From Octopus sinensis (Eukaryota), in assembly GCF_006345805.1 (NCBI RefSeq), contig NC_043000.1, positions 108,190,001-108,254,000 on the forward strand: a stretch of 64,000 nt of DNA. The letters are read 5' to 3'. Numbering within the stretch: the first letter of the stretch is position 1; every line of letters starts with the position of its first letter. Position numbers and translations under genes: made by a program. The notes under the pieces were generated by a model that was not told the DNA's origin, searched no databases, and worked only from the letters and a program-made list of their open reading frames with translations. Positions 1-11,563 of this stretch are shown here, piece after piece.

Positions 1-526
1 TAATTAGGTCTGTGGGCCAAAACTAATGAGAGCTAAATAATATGACTATATACGTCTATAATGCCCCGATGGTGTTTGATCAGATTTTAAAGACGGGTGA
101 CATTCTATTCAGTAATGCAATCATTTTATTGTTCCGGTCCCAAGTTGAATTTCAAATGTAGGCCAATTTGCCCTAAAGTTCTTGTCTCGACGTAAAATTA
201 ACGAGGCGAGTGTCATTCATCTCCCACTTCATCTCTGACACCATCTGACAAACGCCAGCAACGATTTGTGAATAAGCCAAGCTTTATCTGCAAGAAGTAG
301 AAATCCAAATGCTTTTAAGTCAGTTCCCAACCCTGGATGCTCAAGAACCAAATGACGGGCAGATTTTCAATTCGGAGATCATTGTGATTCCAAAAAGTTA
401 TAATGTGTTGATGTAGTGCAAATGTAGACTGAGACACAGGGGCCCAAAGCAGAAGCAATTTCGCTCTTAATATAATAGATATATATACATGCATACACAC
501 AGACACACACACACATACATATATAC

Positions 527-705
527 ATAGTGTAGAGTTCCTGGCTTTGGGTAAAATAAAATACAGGAGGACCAGTTACTTATGATTTTATTCAATATAT
601 TCCCCTATCAGATTCACACACTTTTTGCAGCCGTCCTTCAGTTTTTGTAAGCCCTGTAAAAGAACTCGGAGCTTTCAATCAGGCCATTCGCGATACCCTT
701 AATTA
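527..705 (+). mobile_element. Short non-autonomous mariner-type element, decayed
   Basis: gagttcctggctttgggtaaaataaaatacaggagg...cgcgataccctt is homologous in reverse complement to 1260-1424, which keeps TA-flanked mariner-like ends. Confidence 0.65.
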
Positions 706-732
706 CCTTTTCACCACTCACTCGTGAATAAA

Positions 733-781
<49 letters not shown>

Positions 782-789
782 ATGTGTGT

Positions 790-825
<36 letters not shown>

Positions 826-844
826 TGTGTGTGTAGCTGATACA

Positions 845-1150
845 TCGTCGCATCAAACAACGAAGGGCCCACTTGATCCGATCATCGGACGAAACTAGTA
901 GTAAGGTTAATGGTTGAAATGGTTGAGCACTCCACAGACACATGTACCCTTAATGAAGTTCTGAGAGAGATTTAGCTTGATACGCAATGTAACAAGCTGG
1001 CCCTTTGAAATAGAGAGGCAAATAATTTTTTACAACTAAGCCGGGTGAAGAAGCGTGGAGTAAAGTGCCTTGCTCAAGTATACAACGCGCCGGCAGATAT
1101 GGATCTTACGACCTTACGATCGTAAGTCGGGTACCCTAAACTACAAGCCT
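845..1150 (-). mobile_element. tRNA-derived SINE (family D), decayed
   Basis: Minus strand shows a tRNA-like head (cttgtagtttagggtacccgacttacgatcgtaaggtcgtaag) followed by a body with tgagcaaggcacttta; family resemblance is from recall. Confidence 0.6.
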
Positions 1151-1259
1151 TAACATATATATACTCCTTAGTCTCATATACTATCTAGGAATAATACACT
1201 CTAGAAATTTTAGATGAATCGCCCTGGCTCGTAAATTTTTGAAGTAAGAATATGTAGTA

Positions 1260-1424
1260 TACGATGGGGTGCTGAAAGTTTTGGTTTTAAGGGTGTTCCG
1301 AAAAGCCTGGTTGAAGGAACGCTGCAATAAATGTATGAATCTGAGAGGGTAATATTTTGAATAAAATAATAATCAACTGATCTTCCTGTATTTTCCTGAA
1401 CCCAAAGCCAGGAACCCCCTCGTA
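1260..1424 (-). mobile_element. Short non-autonomous mariner-type element (MITE)
   Basis: Ends tacgatggggtgctgaaag ... ggaaccccctcgta, TA-flanked; inverted homologue of 527-705. Confidence 0.7.
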
Positions 1425-2005
1425 TATATGTGTGGATCTCGGTGTGTTTGTGTGTGTACCTTCATGTGTGTAAGCGTTTGTGCGTTTGTGTGTGTGTGTG
1501 TGCGTGCGCATAAAATTACACACACCCACAAACACACAGAAGAACACAAACTCATACACATACATATACAAGCCGATGGGAGGCTTTTACGATAATGGTG
1601 TTGGACTATCCTGTTATCTATTTAAAATATATAATAGACTTAGATTTGAAATTGCCTCATAATTTCTCACTCACTAGCATGTTATTATTTGATGGACCTT
1701 CTAATGGCGAAACTAAATGGTGTAATATGATAGAAAAGAGGTATAAACAACTGCTAAACAAAGCGCTGCTACAATGTCACTGCATGACTTACCATATCTA
1801 CTCTTCTGCAAATACGCTCGAGCATTTTCTCCCCAGATCTTTGTATGCTATGCATATGTCCCTTCTTTCTCAACGTATACCGTGTATACTTATATGGTTT
1901 CTTTCTTTCATATTTTTTTAATCATTTCATTATATGTAATCCACCACATTTTATGTCTGTCTTTGTATCGTTCCCTTCATCCTTCGCGCTTGTGGCAAAT
2001 TAATG

Positions 2006-2008
<3 letters not shown>

Positions 2009-2053
<45 letters not shown>

Positions 2054-2136
2054 GCTTCATCATCATCATCATCATCATCTTCATCATCATCATCATCATC
2101 ATCATCATCTTCATCATCATCATCATCATCATCAGC

Positions 2137-2173
<37 letters not shown>

Positions 2174-2191
2174 ATAATAATAATATTATCA

Positions 2192-2289
<98 letters not shown>

Positions 2290-2291
2290 AC

Positions 2292-2322
<31 letters not shown>

Positions 2323-2430
2323 AGACGTCGCACAGTATCCGAAATCGTGATGTTGTTGAATTATTATTGTTATTATTATTGCTGCTGTTGTTATCATGAT
2401 GATGATGATGATCATCATCATCATCATCAT
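2009..2430. repeat. Compound trinucleotide microsatellite (ATC)n/(ATT)n/(GTT)n/(GAT)n
   Basis: Directly visible; explains the poly-I/S/D/N ORFs in the track. Confidence 0.95.
2322..2360 (-). mobile_element. About 40-bp 3'-terminal stub of an R4/Dong-type LINE
   Basis: aagacgtcgcacagtatccgaaatcgtgatgttgttga matches the 3' terminus at 5100-5138 (aagatatcgcacagtatccaatatagcgatatttgttga); embedded in (ATT)n. Confidence 0.55.
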
Positions 2431-2759
2431 CAATATATAATTGTACCTGCTGAAGGTTTTTTTTTTACTGCTTTAGGACTGAATTATTAAAAAGGAAATT
2501 AAAATCAGTTCATCTCTTCTCGAGAAATAATTTCAACCCCTAAAAAAAAATATATATATATATATATACCTTTAAAACAAATCAAAAGCAAAGAAAAACG
2601 TTTGAATGTTTTCTAACTAGGCTCCGTGTTCCTTGGAATGTATACACATCTTCAAGCAGCAGAGAGAATAGATTAAAGTGAATGTGTTCAACTTAACTTT
2701 CACGGAGAACAGGAAAATCGGTATGGATGTAATCAACTTTAAAAATTGAAGCTTAACAA

Positions 2760-2798
<39 letters not shown>

Positions 2799-3461
2799 AA
2801 TAGATAAAAAGATAAAACTGATGAAAATTAACATCAAACGAAATAAAATAAGATTAAAAAAATAAATATTTCAATATTATTTTGACGACCGTTGAAATGA
2901 AAGAATACCATGGCGCTGATGCTGCTGGTGATAATATTAATGACTTAGATGACTTAGATGACTTTGATGATGATGATGATGATGATAACGACGACCTTGA
3001 TGACGGTTGATCTTAGTGGTGGTGATGATGGTGAAGATAATTATAATAATAATAATGATGATGATGATGATGATGATGACGACAACGTTGAGAATGACAA
3101 GGGTTTGCGTGATGACCATGACTGCGATTACGTTTAGTATTATGATGAGATCGTGATCAAGAGGTTAACGACCTAGTAAATCTCTACTGTAATTACCATT
3201 TCATCATCACTGAACGATCACCATCCTTATCCCCCTCATCATCGTTGCTGCTGTCCTTGTTGACATCATCATCATCATCAACAACAGCGGCATTTACAGC
3301 AAAACAGCTTTATGGTCTCTATTATTGTAGTTGTTGTTTTACCCCGAGACATTCATTCAATATTAATATGGGAAGATATTTTATCTGTATCGGCCCTATA
3401 ATATATTTATGAATACATTATCCAACCTATAATAGTACGACGATGGTGACTATTATTATTA

Positions 3462-3588
<127 letters not shown>

Positions 3589-3590
3589 TA

Positions 3591-4377
3591 CTTTTTTTTC
3601 TTCTTTCAAATTTGCTTCCATTTCTTGCCGAGTGTCTTCCCGACTCCTAGGGCAAAGAAACTCATAGTATACATTGGTAGGCAATTAAACCAAACTCAAT
3701 AGTTCGTCATTTTTAAAATTTTTTAAAGTTAAATTAAAATACATGAGCAGCAACAGTTCTCACATCGACAATGCTCTTCTCAATACGTGTGATGTACCAG
3801 TTAAGACAATCTTTTGCACTTCTTGCAGGGATGGTAAGCCAGGGATCATTCTCATATAATTTTCGGTTCCCTTCTTGATCATTCCTAGTGCTCCTATGAT
3901 CACTGGTATTGTAACCGCCTTGAGATGCCACATTTTCTCAATTTCAATGAGTAGGTCTTTATATTTTCTGAGCTTGTCAAACTCTTTCGCTGAGATATTA
4001 TGATCACAGGGGATGCTCATGTCGATCAATAAGCAAACTTTATTGTTTTGGTCTTTCACAACAATATCTGGTTTATTGGCATTGATGGTTCGGTCTGTAT
4101 GTACTGGAAAGTCCCACAGAATCGTTACATTTTCTCTTCAGTTACAGCCTCAGGGTGGTGATTATACCACTTGTCGGCAGTTTTGATATTGTAATGCCGA
4201 CTTATTAGCCAGTGTAGATATTGGCCAACTCTGTCATGTCTTAATTTATACTCCACTGGTGCTAAGACTTTACATCCAGAGATTAGATGGTCCACTGTTT
4301 CAATCATGTCGTTGCAGAATCGGCATTTTGGGTCTGCTCCATTTTTCATCACATTGGCCTGGTAGTTGCGGGTTAAC

Positions 4378-4380
<3 letters not shown>
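3591..4380 (-). mobile_element. R4/Dong-clade RLE LINE, 5'-truncated (copy D1)
   Basis: CCHC knuckle CRFCNDMIETVDHLISGC, RHD motif, then after a 1-nt frameshift near 4130 WDFPVHTD..NKPDIVVKD..CLLIDMS..KLRKYKDL (PD-D-K endonuclease) to VLRRALSM*; (TAA)n tail and (TAA)n 5' flank. Confidence 0.9.
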
Positions 4381-4437
<57 letters not shown>

Positions 4438-4496
4438 ATTATTGTTATTATTATTATTATTATTATTATTTTATTATTATTATTATCATTATTATT

Positions 4497-4662
4497 AAGG
4501 CAGCGAGCTGGTAGAATCGTTAACATGCCGCGCGAAATGCTTAACGGCATTTCGTCTTCCTTTACGTTCTGAGTTCAAATTCCACTGAGGTCGATATTGC
4601 CTTTCATTCTTTCGGGGTCGATAAATTAAGTACCAGTGAAACACTGGGGTCGATGTCATCTA
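4497..4662 (+). mobile_element. tRNA-derived SINE family A, 3' incomplete
   Basis: Head aaggcagcgagctggtagaatcgttaac, B-box-like gagttcaaattcc; inserted after (ATT)n. Confidence 0.85.
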
Positions 4663-4819
4663 CTAGTACCTTTCTGCTTGTCTTTCATGCACTGCGTGGC
4701 ATCTTTTCAGCTAGAAGCCATGAAACCCATCTAGTCCTGGGGCTCTCCAGTAAGGCACTTTACCCACCTGTTCTTTCACATCACATTATTATTATTATTA
4801 TTATTTATTATTATTATTA

Positions 4820-4855
<36 letters not shown>

Positions 4856-4865
4856 TTGTATTTGT

Positions 4866-5077
4866 AAGGCGGCGAACTGGCAGAATCGTTAGTGCGCCAG
4901 ACGAAATGCTTAACGTTATTTCGCCCGCCCCTATGTTCTGAGTTCAAATTCCGCTGAGGTCGACTCTACCTTTCACCCTTTCGGGGTCAATAAAATAAGT
5001 ACCAGTTGAACACTGAGCTCGATGTGATCAACTCCCCCTCCCCCCAAACTGATGTCATTGTGGCAAAATTTGAAACC
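4866..5077 (+). mobile_element. tRNA-derived SINE family A
   Basis: aaggcggcgaactggcagaatcgttag...gagttcaaattcc...ggcaaaatttgaaacc then (ATT)n. Confidence 0.85.
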
Positions 5078-5098
5078 ATTATTTTTATTATTATCATT

Positions 5099-5999
5099 TA
5101 AGATATCGCACAGTATCCAATATAGCGATATTTGTTGATTGGAGATATTGTATGTACCGGGGCTTTGTACTGGCTATCAAATCACGAGGACCTCAGACAG
5201 ACTACTTTGCGCAATATGAGTGCAGATGCAAGTACTGCCGATTTTTACAATACAACTAGATTGTACAGTATTTCTATAGTTTCTAGATGTTCTTTCAGGG
5301 TCGATGACAACAGGGACGACCTTTATGTTTGACTCGCGTAGCTGCCACATCTTAGTGATCTCAATTTTCCAGTCTCCATATTTAACAATTTTTTCTCCTT
5401 TCATGATAATATGTTGACCTCCTGGTACTGACACGTCGATTATCAGGCACTCTTGATTGTCCCTCCTAAAGGATACTATATTTCCGTGCTCTAACACCTT
5501 GTCTGACTGAGGTCAAAGTTCCAGAGGAATTTTGCCTTCTCCTTTTCGTCCATTATGTTATATAGTGTATGTGGGTACCAAGCACCTGTTACCTCGTATC
5601 CTTACTTCCAGCATAGTAGCCAGTGAAGGTTTTCGGCTACATTGTCGTGTCTCTGCCTGTACTCTTTCTGCGCAAGATTTTCACAAGCACTTACAATTTG
5701 AGTCACGCTTTGGAGCTTCTTCACACACATTCGGCAGAGGTTCGTTGCACTTGTATGGTATATATGATGTATTTTCACTGAGTTTGTATTCAATGCCAGA
5801 TCCTGGTCAGTGATGTTTAGGCTTTCAGTATTGTTTTTTTAGGTCACCCTTGCTCTGCTTCCTGGTCTTTTAATTTTCTAGTTTCACGGTGAAACTGCCC
5901 ATGTAATTCCATATGGAGTAGGATTTCTTCTGCTTTGTTGGCTATTTGTGATCTGAATTCATGAGCGCCCTCAAGTCCATTTTTGGTAAAACTTCCTGC

Positions 6000-6000
<1 letters not shown>
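5099..6000 (-). mobile_element. R4/Dong-clade RLE LINE fragment (copy D2), decayed
   Basis: LHGQFHRE, LCRMCVKKLQSVTQIVSACENLAQKEYRQRHDNVAENLHW, CLIIDVSVP..KIVKYGDWKIEITKMW; several frameshifts. Confidence 0.85.
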
Positions 6001-6080
<80 letters not shown>

Positions 6081-6100
6081 ATTATTATTATTATTTTTAT

Positions 6101-7520
6101 CATTGCCTTTGTACAGCTTCTAAGGCTGGAGATGTACTACGGTGTCAGCTGTTCACTACCAGTGAACTCTTATTTTTCGAGCACCTTCCGGAGTATTCGA
6201 GCGGTTCCAAGCAGTGCTGTTTTCTGCAAGTGCTCTACTCTTTATGTAGCCCCTATTTGTTCCATGTATTTCTCAAGATTTTTACTCACTGTTCCCACAG
6301 CTCCGACAATTATCACCTTTTTCAGCGATCACAACTGCGTAACCTCCCAAGCTGACCTGTCATATCTATCGACTTTCTTTGTTATCGCATACCTTATCAG
6401 CTGGGCATGCTATATCCATGCCCAGTATCGTTTGCTTTCTTTCTCAATTAACACTGTCTGGTTTCCTATTCTCTATGTCATAGTCTCACTGAATCATTAA
6501 ATCCCATAGGATCTTTGCATTATCAGGACGTCTCTTATAATCTTTATGGGCTAGTGGCGTATATTGACTAGTAATATGCGATACAGTTTCATCCATTTTG
6601 TTCACAAATTGTGCACTCATCACTTTTTGATAGGTTGTCTATTCTGTATTTGATGTAATTGGCTCTTAATGATGGCTCGTGGGCAACACTGATTAGAGCC
6701 TCCCTTTCCGGTTTTAAATCACTTTTAACATCCATAAGCATCTTTTTTCTCTGTCTGTCTTATCTTCAGCATCCCTATGAAATGTCTCTTATCGAGCAAG
6801 CTATCACTGTTCCTTTCCTGCGGTTTATTAGAGATCTCTCCTCTGTTTCCTTCTATCAGATTAGTTTTGTCAGTAAGGACCGTATTTTCATCGTTTCCTC
6901 TACTGCTGTTTTCCGATGCACGTCTTTTGATAGCTTCGAGCTCTCCTTCTGTGAAGCAACGATTTTTACTTATTGCTCTAGCTTGATCATATAATCTCTG
7001 TTCCGTGAGTTGAAACAATCCTCTTTCTTTCCATTGACCATACATACGTTGTCGGTATCCCCTAATATGAGTACCATTTTCATCTACAGGTTTGCTCAGG
7101 TCGTAACACTCAATGACCACAGCATTGACTTGTTTGTTCCATCTACGCCGTGTGTGCTGGTCCATTGCTGGATAGCGACAGGCTGGAACCGGACCAGTAT
7201 CTCTGAGCCTGCCGGGTGCAACACTGTCAGCCTCAAGGGCTTCAGTTTCATTGCCAACGTTATTTACAATATTTTGTTTTTTTCATTGTCACTCATATTA
7301 GCGATTATCGGGTTGCGCAATTGCCAGTGTTTTTATTGTGACACCATCACTAGATGTATCATCGATCAAAACATAGGGAGAATTCAACAGCTTTCTTCCA
7401 TTATTATTATCAGCTCTGATATTATCATTTTCATTTTTAATATTTCCTCTGATCCGCCATGAGTTTTGGCTAACTGTCATTAACACTTTGGTGTTAATAC
7501 TAGGCTTCTGATTTTATCTA
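6101..7520 (-). mobile_element. R4/Dong-clade LINE with internal deletion of the RT (copy D3)
   Basis: N-terminal region (RRRWNKQVNAVVIECY..RGYRQRMYGQWKERG..EQRLYDQARAI) joined near 6790 to the post-RT region (SDLKPEREALI..LRANYIKYRID, ILWD..RKPD, LQKTALLGTARILRKVLEK*); (TAA)n tail. Confidence 0.85.
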
Positions 7521-8146
7521 TTAGCGAGTACAATTTGATAGAGCACTGCTTCTATAATTATAAATAAATAAATATAGTCAAATATATATATATATATATC
7601 TGTTTAATGAGTTGGTGATCAATAATGACTAGTCTTTGTCGTTTGTTTTTATTCGACTCACTAACGTGTGTGTGCGCGCGTGTTTATACATTACTTAAGT
7701 TTTTTTTTAAATATTAAAATGTGTTCGTGTGAAACTGGGGTGTATAAATAATTAATTAGTTTACGTACTTACGTGTTTGTAATGTGTACTTAATCGGATA
7801 TATCGGATATAGTCCAATATGTAATTACTCGGATATAGTCCAACACTTTTAATCTGTATTACTTACTCAGGTGTAGTCCAGCGCTTTGTCAGTATGGCGA
7901 GTGTGTTTACACGTGTTGTGCGAGTGACGGAAGCGACACACAGTTAAAACACATCATTTCATTTGGAAAATAGAAATACGTTTTAATGAGTATTACCTAC
8001 TCGGATATAGTCCAAATCTTTGTCAGTTATTTTAGGCTGCATTTGTTGTCTTTATTCTCGATGTTTTGGGATAGATTTCGGGGCAGTATTTTATCGCTCT
8101 CACATGTTAATCGTCTACGGTGTTCTCCCTTATTATTATTATTATT

Positions 8147-8600
8147 GAGTGAGAGAGCAGTGTATGCCATCAAAGTGACACTGGAGTAAAATATACGAAG
8201 CCCAGTATACCCATCATGAATACCCGTCTGATAAGGGTACACTAGGCATATGCATCACAACCATATATGCGCGACATGGTGATCTCATGTCAAGATAAAC
8301 AGCACATGACCTTGCAGGTGGGGCCCACTTAGAATTTTCTTCAGGTCGAGAAACCCATCCTGCTCAAAAGGTCCCTGAATAAGGGTTGTTTAAGGACGTT
8401 GAATGAAACACCCATGTTCCCAGAGGTGAATCATTCAAACCCCAAAGAATCCCTCTCAACACATGGCTATAATGCTCCCCCACTACTTCTGCTCGTGATC
8501 AGAGATGCACATATCGTCAGCCACTAAGGGACATGATCAACTAGTTAAGGTCAAACAACTGACAAGCAAATTTGTGGTATTGAGCAGAATATTGTGGTAT
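8147..8600 (-). mobile_element. About 460-bp non-coding interspersed retroposon-like repeat ending in ctctctcactc(AAT)n
   Basis: GC-richer segment ending abruptly in an (AAT)n tail on the minus strand; recalled as an abundant octopus repeat; no ORF. Confidence 0.55.
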
Positions 8601-8670
8601 TGAGCTATGAGAGCCACTGCCTGGTATTATTATTATTGTTGTTGTTGTTGTTGTTGTAATTATTATTATT

Positions 8671-8950
8671 CATGTGCGCAAAACAGATTAAACTGTTGGA
8701 AAAAAGTCCTAACATCAGGCTACAAGTAACCTTAGATGCCAAGAAACCTCCTGCGTATCCTAGCTGTTTCGAATAATACTGTTTCATGGAGCTGTACTGA
8801 ACTGTTTTTTTTTTCCTATTTCCCCTATCGAGCTGTTCAATTCTTTAGGGATAGTTCTCAATGCACCTATAACTACTGGGATACATTTTACCCGCATTTT
8901 CTCTGTAATTCAATGGCTAGGTCCTGCTATTTTGCTACATTTTCTATACC
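8671..8950 (-). mobile_element. R4/Dong-clade LINE 3' end (copy D4)
   Basis: QDLAIELQR..VKCIPVVIGALRTIPKEL..ETVLFETARIRRRFL with frameshifts, 3' UTR and (AAT)n tail. Confidence 0.75.
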
Positions 8951-9460
8951 TCTCTGTGACAGCAGACGAAATTGCTGCTGTAGGACACATCAGCATTAAT
9001 AAATTCATATCACTTGGTGATGAACTTGCTAATATCAAGTTTGAAGCTCTACCAGAGGAAGCCAAACGCATGGAAAGCTCCAAGGTAAACTTCGTGTGGA
9101 AAACGTTTCTGTCGCACCGGTTACCAAGACCAACATGGTCGGGATACCTGCAAATAGTAAACAACGGAGACCATCCAGGACAGTCATCAATCATGTTCTT
9201 TCCCCTGTTTGATATGAACCCGATTGACATAACGTATGTCAACTCAACCGTACACTTCCTTGCAGAGCATGCAAATCTTTATGGAGCAACACTACTGCTC
9301 ACATTTGACCAGTCTTTTTGGTCCAAAGCAACTATAAGTGTGGAAAGTGCTGGAGAGGACAATGATCTACATCCGATGACTTTAAAACTTATGGGATTTC
9401 ACACACTAATGAGCTTTCTGGGTAGAATTGGGTACTTGATTAGAGGAAAAGGTCTTCGAC
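8950..9460 (+). mobile_element. Open fragment of a DNA-transposase-like protein of unassigned family
   Basis: About 170 uninterrupted codons with WSGYLQ..HPGQSSIMFFPLFDMNP..TFDQSFWSKA..LMGFHTLMSFLGRIGYLIRGKGL, recalled from a widespread invertebrate transposon-associated family. Confidence 0.6.
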
Positions 9461-9469
9461 ACTGTAACC

Positions 9470-9615
9470 CATATACTCACTGGAACCCAGGTTCGAAATT
9501 TCCCCAAGGCACCTGATAAAGGCTGGATGGTGTATCAACCGAAACGTTTTGTTAAGAACAAACAAGATGAGGACAAATATCCGTCAAATGTAAATAATGT
9601 AAATAATGTAAAAAT
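9470..9615 (+). mobile_element. Penelope-like terminal repeat remnant with hammerhead-like core
   Basis: CTGATAA-A-GGCTG..CAACC-GAAACG...CGTC followed by an (aatgtaaat) tail. Confidence 0.55.
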
Positions 9616-10057
9616 GTACTTACCTCAGCTGTTGCGTTGTGGGACTGAACCGCGCATTACGTGTTTACACACCGACCTTCTTAATCACTCAGCCATGCCT
9701 GCATCTATGTATATTGTAATGTACAACACAACATTTAAATATTTGGGGTTCTTCAACGAACACAAGCAACTTATATATGGACGGCAGATTCTTCGAAAAG
9801 AATTATATTCTCAACATTTGTAAAATTTTGGAAACTTACTTTAATATTCTGTCTTACTCTCAAACAGCTGATATCTGCAATGAAATATATACAAGTATAT
9901 GCAAATATATAATTTTAGGCACAAGGCCGGATGAAATATGTAATGAAATATACAATAAAATGCAGAATGAGTAAGTTTTTGAATATTCAGCTGCAACAAT
10001 ATAAAACGAATTCCATACCAAATGTTCATAAGATTATTTACACACACAATTACACAC

Positions 10058-10088
<31 letters not shown>

Positions 10089-10333
10089 ATTACACACATG
10101 TGTGCACACATGTATAATATACAAACGTTGTAGTTTCTTATATTTGTACGTGTGTTGTATATATGTATGCATAATGTATAAGCATTTTCATAACATATGG
10201 TTTATATATCCATATATTATATCGATATTCATTACAGGTATATAATGTGCAAATAATTTCATTTCTTACAAACGCACATACAGACACACACACACATGTG
10301 TGTGATAAAAGAGATAAAGAGAATTCGGGTCTC

Positions 10334-10370
<37 letters not shown>

Positions 10371-10848
10371 CAGCTATACCCATATAAATAGATTTCTTAC
10401 AAACGCACATACACACAAACGAAGACACAAACACACACATGTATATGTATGAGTAGGGGTTATTTTACTGTACGCTTGCCTTAAATTTGATACAGATGGT
10501 TTTCATTGTTTCCAATCTTCCGTGAAGACATGTCACATCATGGGTAATATCAACCTGCTCGAAAAAAGATAAAGTCTCAACAAATAGTAACAGATGATTA
10601 TCTTGAAAGTGTTCCGTGTTCTCATAACTTACGCTTTTGTGGACGTCATTTTGTACAAAGTCACGACTAAAACCCTCTAATTGAACAAACGAACACACAC
10701 AAACATCCACATACATATTTACACACACATATGCGTATGTATATGCATGTATTTATCATCAAATCCCATACTAAAGAATGTATACATGTTAAAGTATGCG
10801 AAAATAAATATATCAATTGTACGTGTGGGGAAAATATTTAAAGTCTTT

Positions 10849-11062
10849 GTTTCAAATGGTGGCACAAATCCAGTGATTTCGAGGTAGGGGTTACGTTGAT
10901 TACATCAACCTCATTTGTTCAACTGATACTTATTTTATCAACACAGAAACGATGAAAGGCGAAGTGGACTTGGACGGAATTTGAGCTCAGAACATAGGGA
11001 CAGACGCAATGCCGCTGAAAATTTCGCCCGGTACGCTAACAGTTCTACCAGTTCGCCGCCTT
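10849..11062 (-). mobile_element. tRNA-derived SINE family A, decayed
   Basis: Reverse complement of the family A head and body (ttctaccagttcgccgcctt). Confidence 0.75.
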
Positions 11063-11147
11063 GCTTTCACTAACTATACCAACAGCGTGAAGCGGAGTAA
11101 ATTTAATCGAGAATGGAAACTGTTACCCTTAGAATCGCAATTTACAC

Positions 11148-11150
11148 ATA

Positions 11151-11221
<71 letters not shown>

Positions 11222-11289
11222 ATATCTATCTATCTATCTATCTATCTATCTACTATCTATCTATCTATCTCTCTATCGTTCTATCAATC

Positions 11290-11335
<46 letters not shown>

Positions 11336-11345
11336 ATATATATAT
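11148..11345. repeat. (TATC)n and (TA)n microsatellites
   Basis: Directly visible. Confidence 0.95.
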
Positions 11346-11347
11346 AT

Positions 11348-11479
11348 TAAGGTATGTAGAAAATACAACATGGACAAGAACATATAACTCATAGAAGACG
11401 ATACAATAAACATGGACAGGACATTCGAACCCCTCAGTCTTCAGTCAAGAACCGGATCATCGTAGTAATTTCGGCTGAT

Positions 11480-11480
<1 letters not shown>
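11348..11480 (-). mobile_element. Penelope-like 3' remnant between (TA)n tracts
   Basis: Minus strand begins cagccgaaatt (3' half of a hammerhead-like stem II plus GAAA) and runs to ttctacatacctta; family recalled. Confidence 0.45.
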
Positions 11481-11537
<57 letters not shown>

Positions 11538-11563
11538 AGGTTTGGAGATGATGTACAGGTATT

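Noticed and set aside
240-470. Non-repetitive stretch as a host exon
   Set aside because: No convincing splice-site pair and no recognisable protein motif
1774-2490. 238-aa ORF and overlapping poly-I/S/D/N ORFs
   Set aside because: Translations of trinucleotide microsatellites; the same applies to the many YI/HT/CV-repeat ORFs across the window
2817-2845. CTGATGA...GAAA as a hammerhead
   Set aside because: No stem II can form between the two core strands
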